Source of the DNA: an uncultured bacterium
GTDB lineage: Bacteria > Verrucomicrobiota > Verrucomicrobiia > CAIQCK01
DNA: 64,000 bases
Reading direction: 5' to 3'
Assembly: GCA_903870275.1 (NCBI GenBank)
Contig: CAIQCK010000103.1
Coordinates: forward strand, 3,819-67,818
Positions 49,901-57,369 of the stretch are shown piece by piece (within the stretch, counting starts at the first letter, position 1; the number at the start of each line of letters is the position of its first letter). A model generated the notes under the pieces. That model did not search any database. It was not told the DNA's origin and saw nothing but the letters and a program-made list of their open reading frames with translations. The translations under genes were made by a program, and so were the position numbers.

Positions 49901-50591
49901 CGACCGCGAGAAACAACAAAGCGAACTGGCGGCGACCGAGCCGGTTTTCGATTTCAAGGTGGAGAACAAAACCATCGCGTTGACCTGGAAACATCTCGGC
50001 GAGGTGACGATCAACTACTACCTGCTGGACCCGGAGTTTTCGTTCAGCAGCAATCCGTTTGTGAGCCAGGACGCCAGCCGGTTCAGCATCATCAAACCCA
50101 ACAAGACCGCCGCGCAACCGCTGCCGAAGGAGAAGGACGCGCTCGACGTGCCGCTGCCCGGCGAGTTTGCGAAGGCCAACGTGCTGGTGGAGATCGGCGG
50201 CGCCGGCCAGCGCAAAGCGCAGGCGTATCACGCCAACACGTTGAAACTGGCGCTGGCCGAAAACTACGGCCGGCTCGAAGCGCGCGACAGCGTCACCGGC
50301 AAGGCGGTGGCGAAGGCTTACGTGAAGGTGTATGCGCGCCTGCGCAACGGCACGGTGCGGTTCTTCAAGGACGGCTACACCGACCTGCGCGGCCGTTTCG
50401 ATTACGCGAGCCTCAACAGCGCCGGCTCCGAAATGGCGCCGGGGATGCCTGGCGAGACAGCGCCCGCGAACGGTCTCGACTACCAGATGCTCAAGCCCGC
50501 CGAGTTGGGCGAAGTGGAGAAGCTGGCGATTCTCATCCTCAGCGACACCAACGGCGCCGCCACCCGCGAGGTCAATCCGCCCCGCCAGTAG
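43959..50591 (+). CDS. giant secreted protein of unknown function (~2,210 aa)
   Basis: One uninterrupted ORF (43866..50591). Start set at the Met preceding a signal peptide (MTPMNIYTQFLAALAAITLLSPTGVALA-DN). One autotransporter-associated beta-strand-type repeat (GAGTLILNGSNSYAGGVVINAGNLSV). The C-terminal module (YVKVYARLRNGTVRFFKDGYTDLRGRFDY) resembles a carboxypeptidase-regulatory-like beta-sandwich. I recognised no catalytic motif. Confidence 0.85.
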   Translation: MTPMNIYTQFLAALAAITLLSPTGVALADNEIGFIERFALAPDREKALSELVPGSEDFYYYHALHVQNARDTVKLADTLTQWKKRFPNSERRCVIENREALIGYETNPQTTLAYLREKLSLHFNHVQEARDKKPDLPSSLDPKRIARGVFEKDSLTHDGGMQSFSQTALEDLVKRQAPLDEQRRRALLAKIHRPDVSHLVEVIVADLKCKESRGFGEFAIHRALLPDQLDALVRALPALAVNEAFVLTRLRKLAPSADADIEFGTAEREAWLERVWNYTKTLPPAFNALKACVLYQRLDHDRKKSVYNHERFLEYVKLPRSFFYVNPLWLRSRTQLGEPVADLNISFADPLPGVRPVGMDEPLVRDYFVHLFAANGKADSDAHALLSPWTDYIRESWLKPILAEAMILHGIGDPERWASLLAPSEFQRLKERVDIEFPPTNTPFTTPGADVAMDVILKNTPKLLVRIYEVNALNFFLVQHRQLNTDLNLDGLVANSERTQTFDAGPFKRVRQTFKFPELRGRRGAWIVEFIGGGRSSRALVRVGQWQLLQQTGPGGDLLTVLDEQGEPVKDAVAWLDGRKFTRDEKLGRINVPFTQQPGRANIVISDTAGTFATLTQFEHHAEDYRLDAQFHVEREQLLARREATLAVRTTLMLGESHLDPAILREPKLAITTTTLDGISTTREVQDVKLTAAHELTHTLTVPERLAQLQVTLSGKVDVLSEGGAKRDLSASHTWNINGMDKTDAISDGHLSKFGGDYVFELLGKNGEPLADQQVVFAFTHRDFSRPQHIALKTNERGRIALGPLTGLRSARAKCPNNRESTWALADFERTWPGVIHARAGEAIRVPMPLHSREFSLLETRAGTFVADCTAQMKPDGEFLVIPALAAGDYSLRFRNDNRELTVKITDGKPSAGWFLGKNRQLQAKNTAPLHITGVSVEKDVIEIKLANASPFARVHVAASRFEPGRGLFGGLAGFARFGAAESAPAKQPNLYAGGREIGDEYRYILERRNGRVFPGNMLTRPGLLLNPWETRDTGLAELEQRAGEMAGATAGNRAMSRYGGGMVGTPNVMAAAGAVADSDLDFLAASEPVIFNLLPDKNGVVRVAREALADRQHVQVYAEDLDDAVWRSFALPEAGTKFTDLRLAHNLDPAKPFAQKKEIAVLKPGGAFALTDTLTGELETYDTLGSVYALFTTLSGDGNLAKFAWLLQWPKLGDEERHAKYGEFACHELNFFLWRKDAAFFEKTVRPYLANKKDKTFMDDFLLGNDLARYLEPWAYARLNVVERALLAQRAKGEAANAARHLRELWEMVPPNPDEQDRLFETALRGRALESLIKLGAGTLILNGSNSYAGGVVINAGNLSVTVAGGGALATAPLPPPGAAAPATPALVVTKDARHLSFRADQLETLAEKAPAKQSPKNLRVPMEVRAMAEQRHAIFKKAGLAMDGEEGVLRDKSESGRWGYFGADATKHARGEGRAYYRQLGATKEWAENNYYNLRIAQQNDSLVGINAFWRDYAQWVADGAKAPFVSANVAEAHNDFAEMMLALAVLDLPFEAPKHASQVTNHELRFTAASPVIIYHKEIKPTAPAAAPQAELLVSQSFFRQGDRYRQEGNEKFEKYVTEEFLAGAVYGANIVVTNPTSAPVKAEVLLQIPQGALPALGSKNTDSRRLRLEPYTTQTFEYCFYFPATPAKPNETFAHYPVNIAVAGHCAAAARPFAFNVVVKLSQMDRASWDYLSQYGSEAEVFAFLNQNNVERLDFERVAWRCRQSVDFFRKLTGFMQVHHVWNETVYSYAVVHNDTPALREWLRHKDEFLANCGPFLACKLVVLDPIERRAYEHLEYSPLVNQRAHRLGNEWRIANPAVRDQYLRLLDILAHKSALDAMDSMSVTYYLFLQDRVEEALARFKTIDPKQLPARVQHDYFRCYAGFYESNLADARAIATGYRDFAVPRWQKLFAEVARQLDEIEDKAVVASKKSADDKPDREKQQSELAATEPVFDFKVENKTIALTWKHLGEVTINYYLLDPEFSFSSNPFVSQDASRFSIIKPNKTAAQPLPKEKDALDVPLPGEFAKANVLVEIGGAGQRKAQAYHANTLKLALAENYGRLEARDSVTGKAVAKAYVKVYARLRNGTVRFFKDGYTDLRGRFDYASLNSAGSEMAPGMPGETAPANGLDYQMLKPAELGEVEKLAILILSDTNGAATREVNPPRQ

Positions 50592-50650
50592 CGACGCACG
50601 GCGAAAGCGGGAATTCATTGCGGTTTTTGAGATTTCCGGGATGAACTCTG

Positions 50651-50672
50651 TTGCTTGCTCAGGCTCAAGCAA
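50651..50672. terminator. weak hairpin between convergent genes
   Basis: TTGCTTG-ctcaggct-CAAGCAA, a 7-bp stem with no U-tract, between the stops at 50591 and 50748. Confidence 0.25.
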
Positions 50673-50747
50673 ATCAAAACTCTGTTTCGGATCTAGAGGA
50701 AACACTTCACGCCCACCGGCCAGGGCAAAAGGCTGACAACGCTTCCG

Positions 50748-53222
50748 TCACTTCAACGACCAGGCTTCGAGTCGTCTGGCACCGGTATAGAGAATCTGCC
50801 CGTTCGGCGCAAACGCCAGGGCGATCCCCGGCCCGACCGCATTCACCCGGTTGAACTGAATCTCCACCAGCAACTCGCCGGTACCGATGCGAAACACTCC
50901 AATCCGGCCTTTGTCCGTATTCAAAGGCGCCCCGACGATGGCCAGCCAGCGGCCATCGGGTGAGAAGACCAGCGAGCACGCCCGGTCCGCCACCGGGTAG
51001 GCAAAGCCTTGCTGGAGCCTGCCCGTCGCCACATCCCACAGCCGAGTTCCGTCCCCTGCCGTGGCCGTGGCAAGGCAGCGGCCATCGGACGAAAAAGCCA
51101 GTCCGCTTACTTGGCCGGCATGTTCGTCAAACTGCCGCAATAGCTTGCCCGTGGCGGTGTCAAACAGTCTTATCGTTTTCGTTGAGACCGAGCCGCCGCC
51201 CGCGGCCAGCAGACTGCCGTCAGGCGACACCGCGACGACGCTCTTCACGCCGCTGTCGCCCTTGTGCTGCCACAAAGCGCGCCCGCTCCCGATATCAAAA
51301 CAGGCGATGTCGTTGAAACCGGCATAACCCAGGCGGAGCGCGGCGCGATCAAACGCAAAAGGACCAAGGCCAATGCCGCTGCTGGGCCTGCCTTTCAGTT
51401 CGATCTCCGAAACCAACTTCCGCTCGGCGACATCCCACTCACTTAACCACCCCTGTTGGTGAACTAGCACCACCTTATGTCCGGTATCGTGGAACGCCGT
51501 CCCCAGACACCAAGACCTGGGCTCGCGCGGAACCTGCCACACAGAGTTCCCCGATTTCGCCTCCCAGATTTCGACCGTTCCGTTGGTGAGCGTTGCCAAC
51601 AACTGGCCGTCGGGCGAGAGAATGAGATGCGACGGGTTGACGAAGAGCGGTGTGGCATAGACAGGTTCGGTGAGGATTTGCCTGGGCAGAGGCGACGGCT
51701 TGGGCGCTGGCTGTTCGGCCAGGTCATATTCATTGCGGAGCAAGTTCCGCCATTGGGCCAGCACCGTCTTCTGGTCGGCTGAACTCCGAGGCTGGGCGTC
51801 GTAGATACTCCGCACGCTGACGAGCGGTTCAGGCCGGCCGGCGTTCGAAATCTCCAGCATCTCTTTGAGTGTGTGCCAGTCGGTCAACTCGAACCGGGGA
51901 TGCTTCATTAACGCGATGAGCAATTCCCTCGTGTCGGGGCGCGCAGCCACCCGCACTTCCTGCAAGAATATTTCCGGCTGGTGGAAAGGATCTCTTGCCG
52001 TGACGAGTGCCTTATAGAACCAATCGGTGAGAAAATCCTTCTCCGCGGCGCCACAAACCCGCCACAAACCGCCGGTCAAATAGCCTGCGGCGCCGACATA
52101 ATCCCTTGTTTCGTGTTTCAGCGCCGTCCGCAGGATGTCGCCGGCGCGGGCGGGTTGCAGCGCCGCCGCGCCGATGGACCATGCCGGGTTGACGCCGTGA
52201 TAATCACGTTCCGCATCCTCGCAGGTGAGCAGCGCGCCGGCATCCTCCGGTCGCAGCAATTGGGCGGCATGACGAAGGATGAAATTGGCGATTCTCACAA
52301 AGTTAGGGTTCTTTTTGTTTTCCATCCGCAGGTCTGGATCGTCCGTCACCGGCTTGCGTTGGAGAAATCGCAACAGCGCTTCCGGCCCCAGTTCGCAGGC
52401 CGTGGCCAGCAGTTCCCGGTCTGACGCCAAACAATGTTCCGCCATGTATCCCTCGTTCCAACCTTCGGGGCATAAAACAAAAAGCCGTGTCCATGCGCGC
52501 TCCCTTGGAGGCAGTGCGTCCATCTCCGTCAAGACCCGCTTGATGTCCGATTGGTATTCCGGCTGAATCGGACTTGTTTCGCGCGTGGCGCGGTTCATTT
52601 TGACTGCGAACCAACCCGCCGAATACTGGCGGCCTTCATATTTCTTCCAGTATTTCTTGAAGATTTCCGCCGTCACCCGCGTCTCCCGTTCATCCGAAAC
52701 TCCCCAAAACTTGAGCATGGCTTGAGCCACGTGATCCACCGTCTGCGGACTCTCTAACTCGTCCACGGGACGCGGGCCTCCCATGCTGCTCATGAGTGCG
52801 CTGTTCATGAATTCGTGGAGGTCCGGGAACGTGGGAGCCTCATCGTCCACGAGCGATGCGATCAGCGGCAAATCCCGTCCATCTTCGCGCTCAAAAAGCG
52901 CGCCCAACGCCAGCGTTCGCATCTTCGGGTTGGGATGTTCGAGCAGTGCCGCCAAACTCTCGCGGTTGCCACTCAACGCGCGAAGCTCGCGCGCCAGACG
53001 ATCCTGCTGCGCCGCCAGCCGGTCATTATCCCACAGCCGCAACTGCCGGTTATAAATGAGGGTGGTTCGCGCGAAGTGACTGTAGGTCTGCGCCATCCGT
53101 TCCAACTGGATCTGAACCTGATTGCCGGTGGCGTCGGCCGCTGACAAGGCCGTAGCCGCCAGAAGCCATGCTGCAAACGTGCCGATGCGAGAGAGGGACC
53201 GGTGTTTCAGTTTGCGGAACAT
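50748..53222 (-). CDS. exported protein: N-terminal alpha-helical (HEAT/ARM-like) region plus C-terminal WD40 beta-propeller
   Basis: Signal peptide MFRKLKHRSLSRIGTFAAWLLAATALSA-AD. About 500 aa of helical sequence, followed by WD40-like blades (LSPDGQLLATLTNGTVEIWEA, FSSDGRCLATATAGDGTRLWDV, FSPDGRWLAIVG). Confidence 0.85.
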   Translation of the reverse strand: MFRKLKHRSLSRIGTFAAWLLAATALSAADATGNQVQIQLERMAQTYSHFARTTLIYNRQLRLWDNDRLAAQQDRLARELRALSGNRESLAALLEHPNPKMRTLALGALFEREDGRDLPLIASLVDDEAPTFPDLHEFMNSALMSSMGGPRPVDELESPQTVDHVAQAMLKFWGVSDERETRVTAEIFKKYWKKYEGRQYSAGWFAVKMNRATRETSPIQPEYQSDIKRVLTEMDALPPRERAWTRLFVLCPEGWNEGYMAEHCLASDRELLATACELGPEALLRFLQRKPVTDDPDLRMENKKNPNFVRIANFILRHAAQLLRPEDAGALLTCEDAERDYHGVNPAWSIGAAALQPARAGDILRTALKHETRDYVGAAGYLTGGLWRVCGAAEKDFLTDWFYKALVTARDPFHQPEIFLQEVRVAARPDTRELLIALMKHPRFELTDWHTLKEMLEISNAGRPEPLVSVRSIYDAQPRSSADQKTVLAQWRNLLRNEYDLAEQPAPKPSPLPRQILTEPVYATPLFVNPSHLILSPDGQLLATLTNGTVEIWEAKSGNSVWQVPREPRSWCLGTAFHDTGHKVVLVHQQGWLSEWDVAERKLVSEIELKGRPSSGIGLGPFAFDRAALRLGYAGFNDIACFDIGSGRALWQHKGDSGVKSVVAVSPDGSLLAAGGGSVSTKTIRLFDTATGKLLRQFDEHAGQVSGLAFSSDGRCLATATAGDGTRLWDVATGRLQQGFAYPVADRACSLVFSPDGRWLAIVGAPLNTDKGRIGVFRIGTGELLVEIQFNRVNAVGPGIALAFAPNGQILYTGARRLEAWSLK

Positions 53223-53230
53223 GGGATGCC

Positions 53231-55657
53231 TTAGTTGATCGTTCCTGCGCCCGCCGATGCGCGCCGCTGCCGGAGACGTGTCAATGATGACTTCGCCGTC
53301 TGGGTAAGCGGAGCGGCGGGGTCGCCGTGAGTCAGTGTTTCAATCACGGACTCCGCCGCAGCCACGCGGCTGTGTTCGAGCGCCATCACGGCCCGCGGAG
53401 GACGCAGGCGCGCGGATAACGGCAGCAATTTAATTTGCTCTGGGTCGGAGACCGTCGCCGGGCGCAGACGCGCAGCCATGAAAGCCACGGCCGCTTCACC
53501 ACCGGCTGCGAGTGTCCACGCGGCTTGATGCGCAGCCCAATGGTCATTGCTGCCAAGCACCTGCCACAAGGATTCCATTTCGGCCTGCGTCAGCGCGAGG
53601 GCGGGCAATCGGCCGTGTTGCAGCCGGCCGGTCATGTCCCAAACCAAGGCGTCAGCGTCGTCTGGCGTGACCAGCATGGTGTCGTCGGGGAAAAAAGCTA
53701 GCGCACGGCCATCTCTTCTGCCGGTTTTCCAGCGGTGGATTTCCTTCCTGGTCAGCACCTCCCAGAACGCAATCTCACCAAACCGGATCGTCGCCAGAAG
53801 GCAGCCATCAGAAGAAATCGCAGCGGCCGCCTCGTGACTTCCCTTCGCAAGGATTTCACCCGTCTTCGCGTCCCAAACACCGCTGCCCACCGCCAGCCAG
53901 TCGCCATCGGGCGAGACGGCAAGGCTTGGGAGCAAATGGTTGGCGCCCTTGAGCGCGCGGACATCTTCGCCCGTCGTCAGGTCTCGCAAGGCCAGATTCT
54001 GGTATTCACCCGCCCACCAAGCTTGGCTGCCGTCTGATGTGGGTTGCACTGAATAGACAGGTTTCTTGGGGCGCGCGGCTTTTTTTTCAGCGCCGGCACC
54101 GTTCGTTGGTTGCGCCGCAGGGATCGGTGCTTTCGGGTTGTCTATTGAACGCAGCAGCTTACCGGAGGCGGCTTCCCACACGCACATCCCATTCCGTGCA
54201 CCCGTCAACACCTCTTTGCCGTCCGCCAGAAACGCCACAGGTCCGTTGCCTTGGTGGTTTTTTCCAAATTGCGAAACCGGTTCTCCGGTCGCCGTATCAA
54301 AAAGAAAGAACGTGTCACCGCCATTGATCCAAGCTGTCGCGGCAAGGACGCGGCCATCGGGCGAAAACCTCAAATGTTGCACACCCCAATGAGACCCCAC
54401 GCCTTCGATCCGTTTCCGTTCTCGCGCTTCCGGCCAAGTCCACAGAATGATTCTGCCGTCCTGGCCGCCCGTGGCGATCGTCCTGCCATCCGGCGACACC
54501 GCGACCGCCTGTACCGGTTCGTCATGGCCGCAGCCGGGATTGATCTCCTGCCAGGTGTCCGTGTTCCAAAACCGAACACGATGCCCCTGTCCGGTGGCGA
54601 GGGTTTTCCCATCGGGCGAAAAGGCCAACGCTCCAACAGCTTCATGACTGGCTGGCAGACGATGAAGTTCTTGGCCGGTGACGGGGTCGTAGATTCTGAC
54701 CATTTCAGAACCCTTGGCGGCAAACCATCGGCCATCGGGCGAGAACACGCCCCCGCTGTAAGTGCCCGGCACATCATGCAACTCTTGTCCCGTGGCGGGA
54801 TCCCAGAATCGCAAAAACGCCCGATGGGCTCCGGGAATTGGCACCATGCAGGAACCCACCACTATTTTGCCGTTGGGTGAAAAGGCGAACCACGCATGAA
54901 AACCCGTCCCACCCGCCAGCCGAACGGGCGGACCTTCCGTATGGACGGGGCAAACCCACATCTCACCTTCGAAGGAACGCCCCCGGGAATAGGCCAAGGC
55001 GAGATACTGGTCGTCCGGAGAAAATTGCAGAGCCGAGACCAACGGAGAAAATTGCATTTTTTGAAACAACTTCTCATCCGATTTCCAACGCCGCAGTTCT
55101 TTCGCCTGTTCCACATCCCAGAAGATGATGTCGCCGCCATCGCCACTGGCTGCTTGAAGCCCGTCCGCGCTCAAGGCCACGGCGCGAGATATCTCCTTCG
55201 CACCGGTCAATTCGGAGCGGCGCTCCCCGGTGGCCGCATCGAAAACATGGATGATTGGAGGCCCGTTCTCCGCCAGCACCACCGTCCGCCAATCCCGCGA
55301 AATCGCGCCAGCCGTCACGAAGGATGTGGGCTTGAACACCTGCCGTTTTTTTCCTGTCGCCACGTCCCAAAGACCGACTTCGTTCCCTGCCTCCGTGAAC
55401 AACACCGATCCATCGGGCGAAAACGCCAAGCTGCGAATGTGTTCCTGGTGCATAAACCTGTGCGAGCCGAGGCGCGCCACTGTTTTTAGAGCGGCTTCAT
55501 CGCCACCCACGGGTTCCGCGCCAATCGCCACTGCCAGTGTTGGATCCCCTGCAATAGTCAACAACATCGAGAGAACGGCCCCCTCCAACATAGATCGAGT
55601 TTTTCCAAGCACTCTTCTCCAGATTCCCGATTTCCGCCAAACAAAAGCTGTTGTCAT
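53231..55657 (-). CDS. exported WD40-repeat protein (tandem beta-propellers) with a short helical C-terminus
   Basis: At least 12 blades (FSPDGSVLFTEAGNEVGLWDV, FSPDGKTLATGQGHRVRFWN, VSPDGRTIATGGQDGRIILW, and others). Signal-peptide-like N-terminus (start 55657 or 55591). Lies 8 bp upstream of the next gene. Confidence 0.88.
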   Translation of the reverse strand: MTTAFVWRKSGIWRRVLGKTRSMLEGAVLSMLLTIAGDPTLAVAIGAEPVGGDEAALKTVARLGSHRFMHQEHIRSLAFSPDGSVLFTEAGNEVGLWDVATGKKRQVFKPTSFVTAGAISRDWRTVVLAENGPPIIHVFDAATGERRSELTGAKEISRAVALSADGLQAASGDGGDIIFWDVEQAKELRRWKSDEKLFQKMQFSPLVSALQFSPDDQYLALAYSRGRSFEGEMWVCPVHTEGPPVRLAGGTGFHAWFAFSPNGKIVVGSCMVPIPGAHRAFLRFWDPATGQELHDVPGTYSGGVFSPDGRWFAAKGSEMVRIYDPVTGQELHRLPASHEAVGALAFSPDGKTLATGQGHRVRFWNTDTWQEINPGCGHDEPVQAVAVSPDGRTIATGGQDGRIILWTWPEARERKRIEGVGSHWGVQHLRFSPDGRVLAATAWINGGDTFFLFDTATGEPVSQFGKNHQGNGPVAFLADGKEVLTGARNGMCVWEAASGKLLRSIDNPKAPIPAAQPTNGAGAEKKAARPKKPVYSVQPTSDGSQAWWAGEYQNLALRDLTTGEDVRALKGANHLLPSLAVSPDGDWLAVGSGVWDAKTGEILAKGSHEAAAAISSDGCLLATIRFGEIAFWEVLTRKEIHRWKTGRRDGRALAFFPDDTMLVTPDDADALVWDMTGRLQHGRLPALALTQAEMESLWQVLGSNDHWAAHQAAWTLAAGGEAAVAFMAARLRPATVSDPEQIKLLPLSARLRPPRAVMALEHSRVAAAESVIETLTHGDPAAPLTQTAKSSLTRLRQRRASAGAGTIN

Positions 55658-55719
55658 GGGTCACCTCGATACGAGCATCACCGCTGCGGTTATCAATGCG
55701 AGTCGGTTCATAAGTGCCT

Positions 55720-57192
55720 TTATGGCGTCGGTTCGGGCGGATCTGGTTTCTTGGTCTTCGGCGCCGGCGACACGGGGGCGGACCCGACAGCAGGCTTGCG
55801 CAGTTTGTTCAGCGCCTCGGCGGCAAAGTGGCGCACGTCCCGATCTGTATCAATCAAGCAGGCGGTCAGTGGGTTGATGGCTCGCGTGTCCCCCAGCCTG
55901 CCCAGCGCCCAAGCGGCTTGGCAGCGGACCTGCTGATTCTTATCGTTCAAGCAAGCGATCAGCAGATCAACGGCTCGCTTGTCACCCAGCTTGCCCAACG
56001 CCCAAGCAGCTAGCCAGCGGACCTGCTGATTCTGGTCTTTCAAGCAAATGATCAGCGGCTCGACGGCTCGCTTGTCCCCCAGCTTGCCTAGGGACTCGGC
56101 AGAGTTACTGCGCACCGACCACGCTTCATCTTTCAGGCAGGCGATCAACGGTTCAACGGCCCGCACATCCCCCAAATCGCCCAACGCCGCGGCGGCAGGC
56201 CAAGACAGACGATTGTCCCGGTCTTGGTCCGTCAAGCAGGCGATCAGCGGCTCCAAAGCCCGCTTGTCCCCCACGTGGCCCAGCGCATGGGCGGCTATTC
56301 TGCGCACGACCCAATCCTGGTCTTTCAAGCAGGCGATCAACGGCTCGACGGCCCGTTCGTTCCCCGGTTTGCCCAGCGCCATGGCGGCATGCCAGCGCAT
56401 GACCTTGTCCTCATCCTTCAAACAGGCGATCAGATGCTCAACGGCTCGCACATCCTCCAGTTTGCCCAGGACCGAGATGGCGCCCCAGCGCATGTTCTCA
56501 TCTGGACCTTTCGAGCAGACAATGAGCGGCTCGACGACTGGCTTGCCCAGCTTGCCCAGCGCCTTGGCGGCGCCTGATCTCACACTCCGATCTTGATCTT
56601 TCAAACAGCCGATCAGCGGCTCGACGGCTGGTTTGCCCAACTTGCCCAGCGCCTCGGCGGTATGGTAGACTACATACAGTTCCTGATTCTTCATCAACTT
56701 CAAGCAGGCGATCAGCGGCTCGACGGCCCGCGCGTCTCCGAGTTTGCCCAGTGCCTCGGCGGCGACCCACCGCAGATTCTGATTCTGATCCTTCAAGCAA
56801 GCGATCAGAGGCTCAACGGCTTGTGCGTCTCCGAGTTTGCCCAACGCCTCGCCGGCGGCCCTGAACACCCTGTATTCTTGATCCTTCAGGCAGGCGATCA
56901 ACGGCTCAACTGCCCGCTTGTCCCCCAGTTTGCCCAGCGCCACAGCCGCACCCGCGCGCACACGCAAATCCGAATCCTTCAAGCAGGCGATCAACGGCCC
57001 GATGGCCCGCTTGTCGCCCAGGTCGCCCAGCGCATAAACCGCACTCTCGCGTCCAAAAAAGCCAAGCGGATCATTCAACTCGTTGATTCGTTCTTGAACG
57101 GTGTCGGTCGTTCCCACCGCCCCGGCCGCCGCAAGACTCATGCAAAGCGTTATTGAACGAATCAACGCCACGACAAAAGGCTTCACGTTCAT
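55720..57192 (-). CDS. exported HEAT-repeat (PBS-lyase HEAT-like) array protein
   Basis: Signal peptide MNVKPFVVALIRSITLCMSLAAAGA. About 13-14 consecutive units of ~31 aa, D-x-x-x-x-V-R-x-x-A-A-x-A-L-G-K-L-G-D-x-R-A-V-E-P-L-I-A-C-L-K. Confidence 0.9.
   Translation of the reverse strand: MNVKPFVVALIRSITLCMSLAAAGAVGTTDTVQERINELNDPLGFFGRESAVYALGDLGDKRAIGPLIACLKDSDLRVRAGAAVALGKLGDKRAVEPLIACLKDQEYRVFRAAGEALGKLGDAQAVEPLIACLKDQNQNLRWVAAEALGKLGDARAVEPLIACLKLMKNQELYVVYHTAEALGKLGKPAVEPLIGCLKDQDRSVRSGAAKALGKLGKPVVEPLIVCSKGPDENMRWGAISVLGKLEDVRAVEHLIACLKDEDKVMRWHAAMALGKPGNERAVEPLIACLKDQDWVVRRIAAHALGHVGDKRALEPLIACLTDQDRDNRLSWPAAAALGDLGDVRAVEPLIACLKDEAWSVRSNSAESLGKLGDKRAVEPLIICLKDQNQQVRWLAAWALGKLGDKRAVDLLIACLNDKNQQVRCQAAWALGRLGDTRAINPLTACLIDTDRDVRHFAAEALNKLRKPAVGSAPVSPAPKTKKPDPPEPTP
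55782..57060 (-). repeat. ~93-bp tandem coding repeats (HEAT units)
   Basis: Strings such as caagcaggcgatcagcggctcgacggc and ttgcccagcgcc recur with a period of about 93 bp across the gene. Confidence 0.8.
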
Positions 57193-57369
57193 ATGGCTGC
57201 CTTCATTTTATAACGAACGGTTGCCGATCCGCTTCACCGGTGCAGCCGCCGTTGTTGAGTCCAAGCATTGTGTGTCCGGAGCGCCCGCATGAACTTGTTG
57301 TCGTGTATGCGGCCATCTGTGTTCATCCGGGAATCTGTCAATGATCAGGAGTTGTGACCCCACGCGAAG

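Noticed and set aside
55782-57060. Regular ~93-bp DNA periodicity that could be mistaken for a CRISPR-like array.
   Set aside because: The repeats are contiguous, with no unique spacers, and lie in one long ORF encoding canonical HEAT units. No cas genes are present.
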